Position numbers and translations under genes: made by a program. Below, in pieces: positions 9,521-19,008 of a stretch of 64,000 nucleotides of DNA. Each line of letters starts with the position of its first letter. Position 1 is the stretch's first letter. The notes beneath the pieces were generated by a model that saw only the letters and a program-made list of their open reading frames with translations, was not told where the DNA came from and did no database searches. Location of the stretch: the NCBI RefSeq assembly GCF_052056295.1, contig NZ_CP182493.1, positions 2,123,989 to 2,187,988 of the forward strand, written 5' to 3'. This stretch comes from Catenovulum sp. SX2. GTDB taxonomy: Bacteria > Pseudomonadota > Gammaproteobacteria > Enterobacterales > Alteromonadaceae.

Positions 9521-10420
9521 TTGAACTTTATTTATACAGATATAATACGTATAACTTCACCTAAATTAATTCGCTTGTCTAAAGTTATGCAGTCGCTTAT
9601 TCAGTCAATAAATGCACATACGCAACAATATGCATCTTTACCCTATGCAGCTTACACCTCAGTACAAACGCAAAATTTGCGTAATGTGCCGATTGTAAAT
9701 CCGTGTTTTATTGCCGTCTTGTCAGGTGAAAAAGCACTCACAATACAAGACACCTTTAACTGTAATGCAGGTGAATTTGTCGTGCTGGCGGATAACAACA
9801 ATGTGCATATGCGTAATTTGCCTACCGAAGTGGATTACTTTGCGCTGTTTATTGAATTTGAAGCTGACGATTTTGTCGGTTTAGATCTTTCACCGACCAC
9901 AAAAACGCCAAACAACAAATATATTCATGGGCTGATAAATCAACAACTTAAGACTTGCTTACAACAGTTTGTCGAATGGACAGCCATAGTACCAGAAAAC
10001 CTTTGGCCTCAGCGGCGCAAAGAGTTATTGCAAATACTGATTTATCTTGGTTATCCACAAGTAATCGGATGCCTGTCGGCTCAATCAACCATCAGCCGCT
10101 GCAATGCTGTGTTACGCCAACATCCATACAGCATAACCAGCAGTGCTTTTGTTGCTGAACAACTGAATATGAGTGAATCGAGTTTGCGCCGTAAACTCTC
10201 TGCTGAACAAAGCTCATTTCAACAACTAAAAGATCAAATACGACTTGGCACTGCGCTGCATTTACTGCAAACCACGCAACATTCAATAACCTATGTTGCA
10301 GAACAATCTGGTTATCAATCGCCGTCTAAATTTGCCAGCCGATTTAAACAAAGGTTTGGGTTAACACCAACACAACTGCGTAAAACTAAAGAAACCAACA
10401 AAGCAGTGAAAATCGATTGA
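9521..10420 (+). CDS. AraC-family transcriptional regulator (true start may be the internal MQSLIQ.. ATG near 9587)
   Basis: C-terminal AraC-type double helix-turn-helix (..ITYVAEQSGYQSPSKFASRFKQRFGLTPTQLRK). N-terminal cupin-like sensing domain. Confidence 0.8.
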   Translation: MNFIYTDIIRITSPKLIRLSKVMQSLIQSINAHTQQYASLPYAAYTSVQTQNLRNVPIVNPCFIAVLSGEKALTIQDTFNCNAGEFVVLADNNNVHMRNLPTEVDYFALFIEFEADDFVGLDLSPTTKTPNNKYIHGLINQQLKTCLQQFVEWTAIVPENLWPQRRKELLQILIYLGYPQVIGCLSAQSTISRCNAVLRQHPYSITSSAFVAEQLNMSESSLRRKLSAEQSSFQQLKDQIRLGTALHLLQTTQHSITYVAEQSGYQSPSKFASRFKQRFGLTPTQLRKTKETNKAVKID

Positions 10421-10515
10421 GCGTATTTGGCGATTAGTTGCACGAAAAAGGGCTAGCGACTGAATGTAATCAAGCTAGTATATTTATGACTCATCAATAC
10501 TAAGGAGCAGTAATA

Positions 10516-11070
10516 ATGTTAAACAAAACAATCCTAGCAGCCGCTTTAATTGGCTTATCCAGCAGTGCTGTGGCTGGTGATTTTAAACTCACCAGTACAG
10601 ACATCAGCCACGGCAACTTTATGCCTAAAACACAAGAGTTTAATGGTTTTGGTTGTACGGGCGGCGATAAATCGCCACAACTAAAATGGACTGGCGCCCC
10701 CAAGGGCACTAAAAGTTTTGCGGTGACAGTACATGATGCTGACGCCCCTACAGGCAGTGGCTGGTGGCATTGGCAAATTGTTAATATTCCAGCCTCTGTC
10801 ACTGAGCTGAAAGCCGGAGCCGGTGATAAATCAGGTAAATTTAAACCAGCAGGTAGCCAACAAATTGAAAACGATTATGGCGTAGCTGCATTCGGCGGTG
10901 CTTGTCCACCACCTGGGCATGGTGCACATAAATATAAATTTACTGTGCATGCCTTGTCAGTAGAAAAACTAGAGTTACCACAAAATGCATCGGGTGCATT
11001 AGCAGGTTATATGATCAACGCTAACTCAATCGACACAGCTACGATCGAAGCTTTATATAAAAGAGATTAG
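10516..11070 (+). CDS. YbhB/YbcL-family Raf kinase inhibitor-like (PEBP) periplasmic protein
   Basis: Signal peptide. PEBP signature blocks ([57 protein letters not shown]). Confidence 0.85.
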   Translation: [184 protein letters not shown]

Positions 11071-11428
11071 CTTTATACCTAGAGCTAAATCGTTATACAT
11101 AGCGAGTATCAGAGCCATCACAGACAGTTCAATTCAAGGCGTATCATTGCAGGAATGTAGGTACCTTTCAAAATGATACAACACAGAAGTGGAGTGTCTG
11201 TGAGGCTCCTAAAAGGCTGGGTTAAAAGCCATTTGTTCCGTGTTAAGTTGCCTTGTCATAAAAACGCTATGCCAGCGCCAATTTATTTTGCCTAAATGGC
11301 TTTTATCTCCAGCTGATTATCGCTATTTATATTGATTTAGCTCTCAGTTACTGCGGCTGAAATCTGGCATCTACCAGTAGCTTGGGTATACAATAGCGCC
11401 AATTCTAGTTTTAAATAATAGGTTTATT

Positions 11429-11704
11429 ATGGCTCGCACCGTATTTTGTCAGCACTTAAACAAAGAAGCAGATGGCTTAGACTTTCAACTATACCCAGGT
11501 GATGTTGGCAAACGCATCTTTGACAACATTTCCAAAGAAGCTTGGGCTTTATGGCAAAAGAAACAAATCATGCTCATAAACGAAAAAAAGCTTAATATGA
11601 TGAACCCAGAAGACCGCAAAATGCTTGAAGGCGCTATGGTTGGTTTTTTATTTGAAGGCCAAGAAGTAGAAATTGAAGGTTATACCCCGCCAGAGAAGAA
11701 ATAA
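11429..11704 (+). CDS. yggX: Fe(2+)-trafficking / oxidative-damage protection protein YggX
   Basis: 91 aa, about 60% identical by eye to E. coli YggX ([22 protein letters not shown]...[22 protein letters not shown]...R..LE..MV.FLFEG.EV.IEGYTP). Confidence 0.92.
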   Translation: MARTVFCQHLNKEADGLDFQLYPGDVGKRIFDNISKEAWALWQKKQIMLINEKKLNMMNPEDRKMLEGAMVGFLFEGQEVEIEGYTPPEKK

Positions 11705-11773
11705 TTAGTTAAATTTGACCTGTTTATATACACAGTTATACTTATTCACATCTAACCCCTTTAGTTATGAATA

Positions 11774-13831
11774 ATGCAGCTGTATATTGCCGAAAAACCA
11801 TCGCTGGCACGTGCTATTGCCAGCGTTTTACCTAAACCACAAAAGAATCAACAAGGTTATATTGAACTCGCCAATGGTGATTGTATAACTTGGTGTATCG
11901 GCCATTTACTCGAAAACGCACAGCCCGAAGATTATGATGCACGTTATAAATCTTGGCGCATGCAAGACTTACCTATTTGCCCAGACAAATGGCAGTTAAA
12001 AAGTAAAAAACAAACCAGTAAACAACTGACAGCGGTAAAAAAACTAATCAAACAAGCAGCACATATTATTCATGCGGGCGACCCAGATCGTGAAGGCCAA
12101 TTACTGGTTGACGAAGTTATCCACCACTGCCAATACAATACAAATAAAGGTGTATCTCGTTTATTAATTAGTGACTTAAACCCGAGTGCGGTGAAACAAG
12201 CTTTAAATAAACTACAGAACAATCAAAACTTTAAAAACTTATCAACGTCAGCATTAGCACGTAGCCGCGCTGATTGGTTGTATGGAATTAATTTAAGCCG
12301 AGCATTTACGATAAAAGCAAAACAAGCATCATATTCAGGCGTAGTTTCAATTGGCCGTGTGCAAACACCACTATTAGGGTTAATCGCGCGGCGTGATGAA
12401 GAAATAGATGCTTTTGTGCCACATCCGTTTTACCAAGTAAAAGCACATTTATTAAGCCCAACCGAGCAGCCTTTTATTGCCTGGTGGCAACCGAGTGAAG
12501 CTTGTGCCCCACATCAAGACAGTGAAGGTCGAGTAATCAATAAAAAGCTCGCTGAGCATGTAGTTGGCCGCATTCAGCAACAACACGCGACAGTAACTAA
12601 AACCACAGCACAAAACAAAAAACAAAATGCGCCATTAACGTATAACTTGTCTACACTACAAATAGACGCAGCCAAAGCGCTGTCATTAACCGCACAACAA
12701 ACATTGGATATTTGCCAAAGTTTGTATGAAAAACACAAGCTGATCACCTACCCAAGATCAGACTGTCGTTATTTACCCAAAGAACACTTTAGCCAAGCGG
12801 CTTCAGTTACTCAGGCAATTGCTAACAATTTGCCGGAAATGCAAAACGCAGTGAACAATGCCAACCTCAAACAAAAAAGTGCTTGTTGGAATGATAAAAA
12901 AGTTACCGCGCATCACGCGATTATTCCCACCAGCAAAAAAACTTCAGCACAGTTAACATCACAAGAAAAAGCTGTATATCAATTAATTAGCCGCCAGTAT
13001 TTAATGCAGTTTTATCCAACCTACGAATACAAACAACAAAAAATAGAGCTGGATATTGCAGGAGGTGTATTTGTTGCCAAAGCGAATACGCCAACTCAAC
13101 TAGGTTGGAAAGCCCTGCTACCACAAAAAAAGCAGCCACAAAAAAGTCAGCCACAAAAAAAGCAGTCAAATAAATCAAGCTTGAATAAAGGTAATTCAGA
13201 AGCAGAAGAACAAACTTTGCCCGAGCTTAAACAAGGCGAAGTCTGTTTTTGCCAACAAGGTGAATTGGTAGAAAAAATGACCTCACCACCAGAACATTTT
13301 ACCGATGCAACTTTATTAGCTGCTATGACCGGCATTAGCCGTTTTGTTAAAGATGCGGAAATTAAAAAGATCCTTAAAGAAACCGATGGCTTAGGCACAG
13401 AAGCAACCCGTGCGAGCATGATAGAAGTACTGCAAAAACGTGGATTTATTCAGCGCCAAGGCAAACAAATTCGCGCTAGCCAAACAGGACGAGATTTAAT
13501 TAAACAATTACCAGAACAGCTGACTCTGCCAGATATGACAGCTCAGTGGGAAGCAACCCTTGAACAAATTTACCAAGGTGAAAACAGCTATCAAAACTTT
13601 ATCAGACCATTACAACAACAGTTAGTTGCGTTAGTTGAGCAATGCCAAAACTTAACTGAGTTTAAATTAACTCAAAGTGAGCAGAAAAAGCGTTTTTACA
13701 ATAAAGGTAGCAAAGCTAAAAGTACTAGAGCCACAAGTAGCCGCAGCGCTCGTTCAACTGCAAAATCAGGCAGCAATAATAAAGTTAAGCTGCCGAAAAA
13801 AGCCAAGAGTCAGCAAAAGTTGTATGGGTGA
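11774..13831 (+). CDS. topB: DNA topoisomerase III
   Basis: [22 protein letters not shown] matches the TopB N-terminus (E. coli [22 protein letters not shown]). Toprim plus topoisomerase IA domains. It also carries a low-complexity [15 protein letters not shown] stretch and a Lys/Ser-rich C-terminal tail. Confidence 0.9.
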   Translation: [685 protein letters not shown]

Positions 13832-13886
13832 TAATCCAAACACAGCTATACTGGAACCTGTGAATATATCTTAAGGACAATCACAC

Positions 13887-14288
13887 ATGCTTTACCCTAT
13901 GTTTTGTATGGTAATACTCACTTTTATCATTGGCGTAATTACCCTTGCTGTACGTGTAAATAGTGTGCGTAGTGGCCAGGTAAAAATAAAATACTACAGA
14001 GCCATGCAAGGGCAAGAAGTGCCAGATATTGTTAATCGCACATCAAGATGTTTTAGCAATATGTTTGAAATACCCGTGCTGTTTTATGTTGCAGCGAGTC
14101 TTTTCCTCAGTCTGAATATCCACAGCCAAACAGCTATTGTTTGTGCTTGGCTATTTGTTGCTTTTCGGTGTCTACAAGCGTTAGTGCATTTAACCTATAA
14201 CAATGTATTGCATCGTATGTTGATGTTTTGGGGCTGTGTGGTCACTATGCTAGTGATGTGGGTGCTCCTATTGCTCAACGCTGGCTAA
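13887..14288 (+). CDS. Small integral membrane protein, possibly MAPEG family
   Basis: 133 aa, four predicted TM helices, charged loop with R..R..N..E. The family assignment is tentative. Confidence 0.4.
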   Translation: MLYPMFCMVILTFIIGVITLAVRVNSVRSGQVKIKYYRAMQGQEVPDIVNRTSRCFSNMFEIPVLFYVAASLFLSLNIHSQTAIVCAWLFVAFRCLQALVHLTYNNVLHRMLMFWGCVVTMLVMWVLLLLNAG

Positions 14289-14372
14289 CTAAAACAAACT
14301 GCGGCTAGTAAACAAATGTTTGCTTCTTGCAAAAGCAACATTCATTACTATAGTTAGAATTTATGCACGGAG

Positions 14373-14798
14373 GTGGCTATGTTCTTAACTAGACTAGTTT
14401 ATACAAGTACGATCACAGACAGCTTCTCACCATCTGATATCGAATTAATCTTAGAAGCGGCACGGAAAAATAACGGCAAGCGTAATGTAACTGGCATGCT
14501 GTGTTTTAGCCGTAAATATTTTTTGCAGTGCTTAGAAGGTTCACGTACCCAAGTGAACCAGATTTATCAAAAAATACTCAATGACCCAAGGCACACCAAT
14601 ATTGTACTGCTTGATTACCAACAAATATCTCATCGAGAATTTTCTGAGTGGTCAATGAGCTATATTCCAGAATCAAGTTTAACATCGGCATTAAGCTTAA
14701 AGTACTCCGGTGCCTCTACCTTTAACCCATATGAAATGTCTGGCGAAAGTGCCCATGAAATGATGTTATTACTTAAATGTACAATACCTTCGGTGTAG
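14373..14798 (+). CDS. BLUF-domain blue-light photoreceptor (short, stand-alone)
   Basis: BLUF signature: L.RLVYTS (conserved flavin-proximal Tyr), ..IL..ARKNN...VTGMLCFS...FLQCLEG (conserved Gln)..V...Y.KI..DPRH. 141 aa, no output domain. Confidence 0.85.
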   Translation: MAMFLTRLVYTSTITDSFSPSDIELILEAARKNNGKRNVTGMLCFSRKYFLQCLEGSRTQVNQIYQKILNDPRHTNIVLLDYQQISHREFSEWSMSYIPESSLTSALSLKYSGASTFNPYEMSGESAHEMMLLLKCTIPSV

Positions 14799-14868
14799 CT
14801 AATATGCCCAAGCGAGTTCGGATATTGCATGCATACTCTTTATGCATGCAATAATTCACAGGCCCTAG

Positions 14869-16422
14869 CTATTTTTTCAAACTTTCTTTAACCGCTTGCC
14901 ACTCAACTTTATACAAATCAGTGCGGCGATCTTTTAAGTTGGTCACTGCACCTTCGGCATGTAACACTTTTAAAGCAGCTAAATCTAAATCAGCAAACAT
15001 CAACATTTCAGTATTTGGTGTAGTTTCAGACAATACCGCATCGTGTGGGAATGAGAAGTCACTCGGCGTAAATACCGCAGATTGTGCATATTGCACATCT
15101 AAACTATCCACTGACGGTAAATTACCAACACTACCAGCAATAGCAACATAACATTCGTTTTCAATTGCACGCGCTTGTGCACAATGGCGTACACGTAAAT
15201 AGGCGTTTTTGGTATCAACCCAAAAAGGCACAAACAAAATATCCATACCTTGTTCAGCCAACAACCTAGGTAACTCGGGAAACTCAACATCGTAACAAAT
15301 TAAAATACCGACGCGGCCAGCGTCAGTATCAAATACTTTTAGTTCGTTACCACCTTCAATTACCCAGTCCCATTTTTCATGTGGAGTTATGTGTAATTTG
15401 CGCTGCTCTTCCACTGTGCCATCGCGGTGACACATATAACTGACGTTAAACAAACGGTTGTTTTCAACCAGCGGCATAGAGCCAGTGATGATATTAATGT
15501 TGTACGATACCGCCATGCGCGACATCTGAGTTTTAAATTCTTCAGTAAAACCGGCTAAAAAACGAATGGCATCGGTACGGCTTTTTCTCGGCGATAATCC
15601 CATCAATGGCGCATTAAAAAACTCAGGGAAGAGCGCAAAGTCACTTTCGTATTCAGATAAAGCATCAACAAAATATTCAACTTGCTGCAGCAACTCTTCA
15701 ACACTGACTACTTCACGCATTTGCCATTGAACTACGCCAATACGTGCTTGTGTTTTGGTGGTATCCACCACCAAAGCTTCAGGCTCGTATAAAATGTTGC
15801 TCCACTCTAATAAAGTTGCATAACCAGCAGATTTTTCGTCCTCTGGTAAATACTGTTTTAATAAACGTTTTACTTGAAAGTCGTTCGACAATTGAAAGGT
15901 TAAAATCGGGTCGTAAATTTCTTTGCGGCTAACGCGTTTTATATATTGAGTAGGCGTCAGCTCATCACTGTATTTGTGATAAGCGGTAATACGACCACCA
16001 GCCAAAATCGCTTTAAAATTATATTGGCGACACAACTCTTTGCGCGCATCATACAAACGACGGCCTAAACGATAACCGCGATAATCAGGGTGGATCAGCA
16101 TATCTAAACCATAAATAGCATCACCATCAGGGTTATTTAAAATCTGGCTTTGTGGGCCAATTAAATCATCGTATTTGTGTGGGTTAGAAAAACGGTCGTA
16201 AGCAACTTGCACCGACAGCGCTATGCCAATTAACTTATCATCATCCATTAAGCCAATTTGCCCTTCGGGGAAATCTTCAATCAGTTGTTTAATGGTTTCT
16301 TTTGGCCAAGCGCCACCAATATCCGCATACACTAAGTCCATCAGATTCTTAACTTGTGGATAATCGGCAACTTGTAAATTGGCTAAACTTAAATGTAGAT
16401 CTTTAGTGCTCATAAACCACAC
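14869..16422 (-). CDS. Bifunctional GNAT N-acetyltransferase / carbon-nitrogen hydrolase (nitrilase-superfamily) protein
   Basis: N-terminal GNAT fold (LDMLIHPDYRGYRLGRRLY). C-terminal CN-hydrolase region with the catalytic Cys context (GRVGILICYDVEFPE). Start probably MSTKD (16413). Confidence 0.8.
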   Translation of the reverse strand: MWFMSTKDLHLSLANLQVADYPQVKNLMDLVYADIGGAWPKETIKQLIEDFPEGQIGLMDDDKLIGIALSVQVAYDRFSNPHKYDDLIGPQSQILNNPDGDAIYGLDMLIHPDYRGYRLGRRLYDARKELCRQYNFKAILAGGRITAYHKYSDELTPTQYIKRVSRKEIYDPILTFQLSNDFQVKRLLKQYLPEDEKSAGYATLLEWSNILYEPEALVVDTTKTQARIGVVQWQMREVVSVEELLQQVEYFVDALSEYESDFALFPEFFNAPLMGLSPRKSRTDAIRFLAGFTEEFKTQMSRMAVSYNINIITGSMPLVENNRLFNVSYMCHRDGTVEEQRKLHITPHEKWDWVIEGGNELKVFDTDAGRVGILICYDVEFPELPRLLAEQGMDILFVPFWVDTKNAYLRVRHCAQARAIENECYVAIAGSVGNLPSVDSLDVQYAQSAVFTPSDFSFPHDAVLSETTPNTEMLMFADLDLAALKVLHAEGAVTNLKDRRTDLYKVEWQAVKESLKK

Positions 16423-16453
16423 TCCTAGTTAAATTGATTCACCCGAGATCAGA

Positions 16454-17386
16454 TTAGTTGACCTGCTTACGACGTTTATGAATGTCGCTGCGTAAACTAA
16501 TACCAGGCACTTGCAGATAATGCGTTGCTGTTTGTAAGTACTTGCCTACTTTCCCCAGTTGTTTTTGATATGGGTTAAACAGTAACTCGTCTAAGTTAAT
16601 ACTAATACCAACAAAGGTTTCAGTGCTACGAAAATCTGTATATGGGCTATCTTCTTTGCTAAAACCTCGGCTGAAATAACCTAACTGCAACTCGAAATAT
16701 TTCAGTGGGGTATTTTTCAGCGCATCTATACCATTTAGTTTAGCAACCGCCATATATTTCATCCCAGAATAATCAGTAACCGGATGAAAACCTTTCATGC
16801 CTTTAGAGGGTGTGTATTCAATGCGTAAATCGAGCGTATCACCCCAAGTGTCTGGGTAAACGGTTTTTAAATAAGATACGCCCGCGCCTAAACTATTGGC
16901 AATTAAATCTTCATAACTAAAACCATGGTCGGCTGAGTAGCCATCAAATACTTCAACATACAGCATTAAAGCCCATGCGGCGGAGGCACTATACAAAGCG
17001 GAAGACTCTGCACTATAACCTTTGTCCATCATGTTATGTGCTAAATATTCTGTCATTACGTAACTAGAATATAAATGGCCAAGTTTGTCAGCGCCACCGC
17101 TACCTGTGTCCATGCCAAACCAACCTTCGTCGTTAAATTTAAAGCTGGAGCTGCCCCATTCCCATTCTTTTAACCCTAGGTAAGTTATGCCACTAAATAC
17201 CAAACCAAGTTCGAGCCAATTTTCTTCGGCGGCATGCCAAAAATTTTGATAATCAGGCGCTATGCTTGCTGGTAATTTTTCAGAAGAATTGAGTGCGGCT
17301 TGCTGTGCGGCGTTTGCTGAAAAGCTTGAAACAACTAATAGTAAAATTGATAAATAACGAGTGTAACTGAACAATAGGTATCCCAC
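16454..17386 (-). CDS. Hypothetical exported protein (start probably the GTG giving MGYLLFSYTRYLSILLLVVSSFSANA; the ORF track extends to 17422)
   Basis: Signal peptide with ANA-AQQ cleavage context. No confident family assignment. Confidence 0.45.
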   Translation of the reverse strand: MGYLLFSYTRYLSILLLVVSSFSANAAQQAALNSSEKLPASIAPDYQNFWHAAEENWLELGLVFSGITYLGLKEWEWGSSSFKFNDEGWFGMDTGSGGADKLGHLYSSYVMTEYLAHNMMDKGYSAESSALYSASAAWALMLYVEVFDGYSADHGFSYEDLIANSLGAGVSYLKTVYPDTWGDTLDLRIEYTPSKGMKGFHPVTDYSGMKYMAVAKLNGIDALKNTPLKYFELQLGYFSRGFSKEDSPYTDFRSTETFVGISINLDELLFNPYQKQLGKVGKYLQTATHYLQVPGISLRSDIHKRRKQVN

Positions 17387-17493
17387 CCTAATAAATTGCC
17401 CCTGTGTGGGCTGCTTAAACAAGCGCGCAATTTTCTACGAGTGGGAAGGTAAAATCAATTAATTGTACTTTTAATAACAATTAACAACACAAT

Positions 17494-18393
17494 TTAAGGC
17501 ACATTGTGTCCGTTTGATGCAACCCAGACTCTAAACCATTGTTCATTGGTTAATTTTATTGCCGATGACTCGACTGCAGTTTGAATGCGTTTGATGTTAC
17601 CTGAGCCAATAATAGGCAGTGGATTACATGGCATTTTCAGCACCCAAGCATAGATAACTTGATCTATACCCGCACCAACTTCTTCAGCAATTTGGGTAAG
17701 CGTGGCTCGTACTCTATTCGCTTGTGCACTGTCTTCACCAAAGATGCGTCCTCCAGCTAAACAAGACCAAATCATAGGTGCAACCTTGTGCATTTGTAAG
17801 TGCTCAAAAGTACCATCAGCACTGCATTGCATATTCATTGGGTTAAACTCAACTTGATTGGTTACCAGCTTGCCAGTTAAGCGCGATTGCAACAAATCAA
17901 ACTGCATAGGGGTAAAGTTAGACACACCAAAATGACGCACTTTGCCGGCTTGTTGCAACTGATTAAACGCCTCGGCAACTTCGTCCGCATTCATAAGTGG
18001 ATCTGGGCGATGCAACAACAGCACATCAATATAGTCTGTGTTTAAGTTAGTGAGCGAGGCATCAACCGAAGCTAAGATATGTGCCGCTGAGGTATCGTAA
18101 TGGCCAATTTGACGCTGCGGGTTTTTATCAGATACCAATTTAATATCACATTTTGTTACCAACTCAATTTGCTGACGCAACTCTGGTGCCAGTTTCAAAG
18201 CTTGACCAAAAACAGCTTCGCATTCGTAATCACCATAAATATCAGCGTGATCTATCGTAGTCACACCCAGCTCTATATGCTGTTTAGCAAAGTTGACCAA
18301 TTGTACTGGGGTTAAGTCCCAATCGAGCAATCGCCAGTAGCCTTGAATAAACTGCGAAAAAGTAAAATTGTCGGCAAGCTGAATACGGCGCAT
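17494..18393 (-). CDS. Aldo/keto reductase, YdhF-like oxidoreductase
   Basis: 299 aa. Aldo-keto reductase active-site and NADP-binding blocks (IDHADIYGDYECE, DVLLLHRPD, HFGVSNF, IIGSGN). Closest to the E. coli YdhF type. Confidence 0.85.
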   Translation of the reverse strand: MRRIQLADNFTFSQFIQGYWRLLDWDLTPVQLVNFAKQHIELGVTTIDHADIYGDYECEAVFGQALKLAPELRQQIELVTKCDIKLVSDKNPQRQIGHYDTSAAHILASVDASLTNLNTDYIDVLLLHRPDPLMNADEVAEAFNQLQQAGKVRHFGVSNFTPMQFDLLQSRLTGKLVTNQVEFNPMNMQCSADGTFEHLQMHKVAPMIWSCLAGGRIFGEDSAQANRVRATLTQIAEEVGAGIDQVIYAWVLKMPCNPLPIIGSGNIKRIQTAVESSAIKLTNEQWFRVWVASNGHNVP

Positions 18394-18572
18394 ATAAAAC
18401 CTCTAAAAGTGAAAATCGAACCGGCAAATATGCTAATGGCGGAATGAGCAATCAACAACTATAGTTCGAAGTGTTTTCGAACTATAGTTCGCAAGTTAAA
18501 AAATAGCCAGTCGTTGAGCAGCTAGAGCATGATAAAATCTACCTGCACACAACAAACACAGAGGTAATAGAT

Positions 18573-18980
18573 ATGAGCTTTGCAGCTAGGTTAAAAGACC
18601 TAATTGGCGAAGAAAGCGTCAGCGGTTTTGCCCGCCGCGTTGGTTTAAATGAAGCACTGATCCGCAAATATTTAAACGGCAGTGAACCAAGTTTAGCCAA
18701 AGCTAACCAAATAGCCGAGCGCGCCAATTGTTCACTAGAATATTTAGCTACGGGTTGTGGATATTTATATCGCCACGCTGAAGTGGTAGATTCAGAAGCA
18801 GCCAAACTGGCGTTTAAAATTGTTTATCAAAAAAATTTAGATGAGCCACAGTTGCAACAACTAACCAAAATGGTTTCTGCTTACCAATATTTACGCACAC
18901 ACAAAAAACACGATGGATATTTGGACCAAGCCGCCGCGGAGCGCTTTTTACAGTTAGCCGCGAGCAAAGAACAGAATTAG
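18573..18980 (+). CDS. XRE/Cro-C1-type helix-turn-helix transcriptional regulator
   Basis: N-terminal HTH (FAARLKDLIGEESVSGFARRVGLNEALIRKYLNGSEPSLAKANQIAERANCSLEYLATG). 135 aa. Confidence 0.7.
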   Translation: MSFAARLKDLIGEESVSGFARRVGLNEALIRKYLNGSEPSLAKANQIAERANCSLEYLATGCGYLYRHAEVVDSEAAKLAFKIVYQKNLDEPQLQQLTKMVSAYQYLRTHKKHDGYLDQAAAERFLQLAASKEQN

Positions 18981-19008
18981 TCACAGACATTAATTAACGG
19001 ATAAAACT

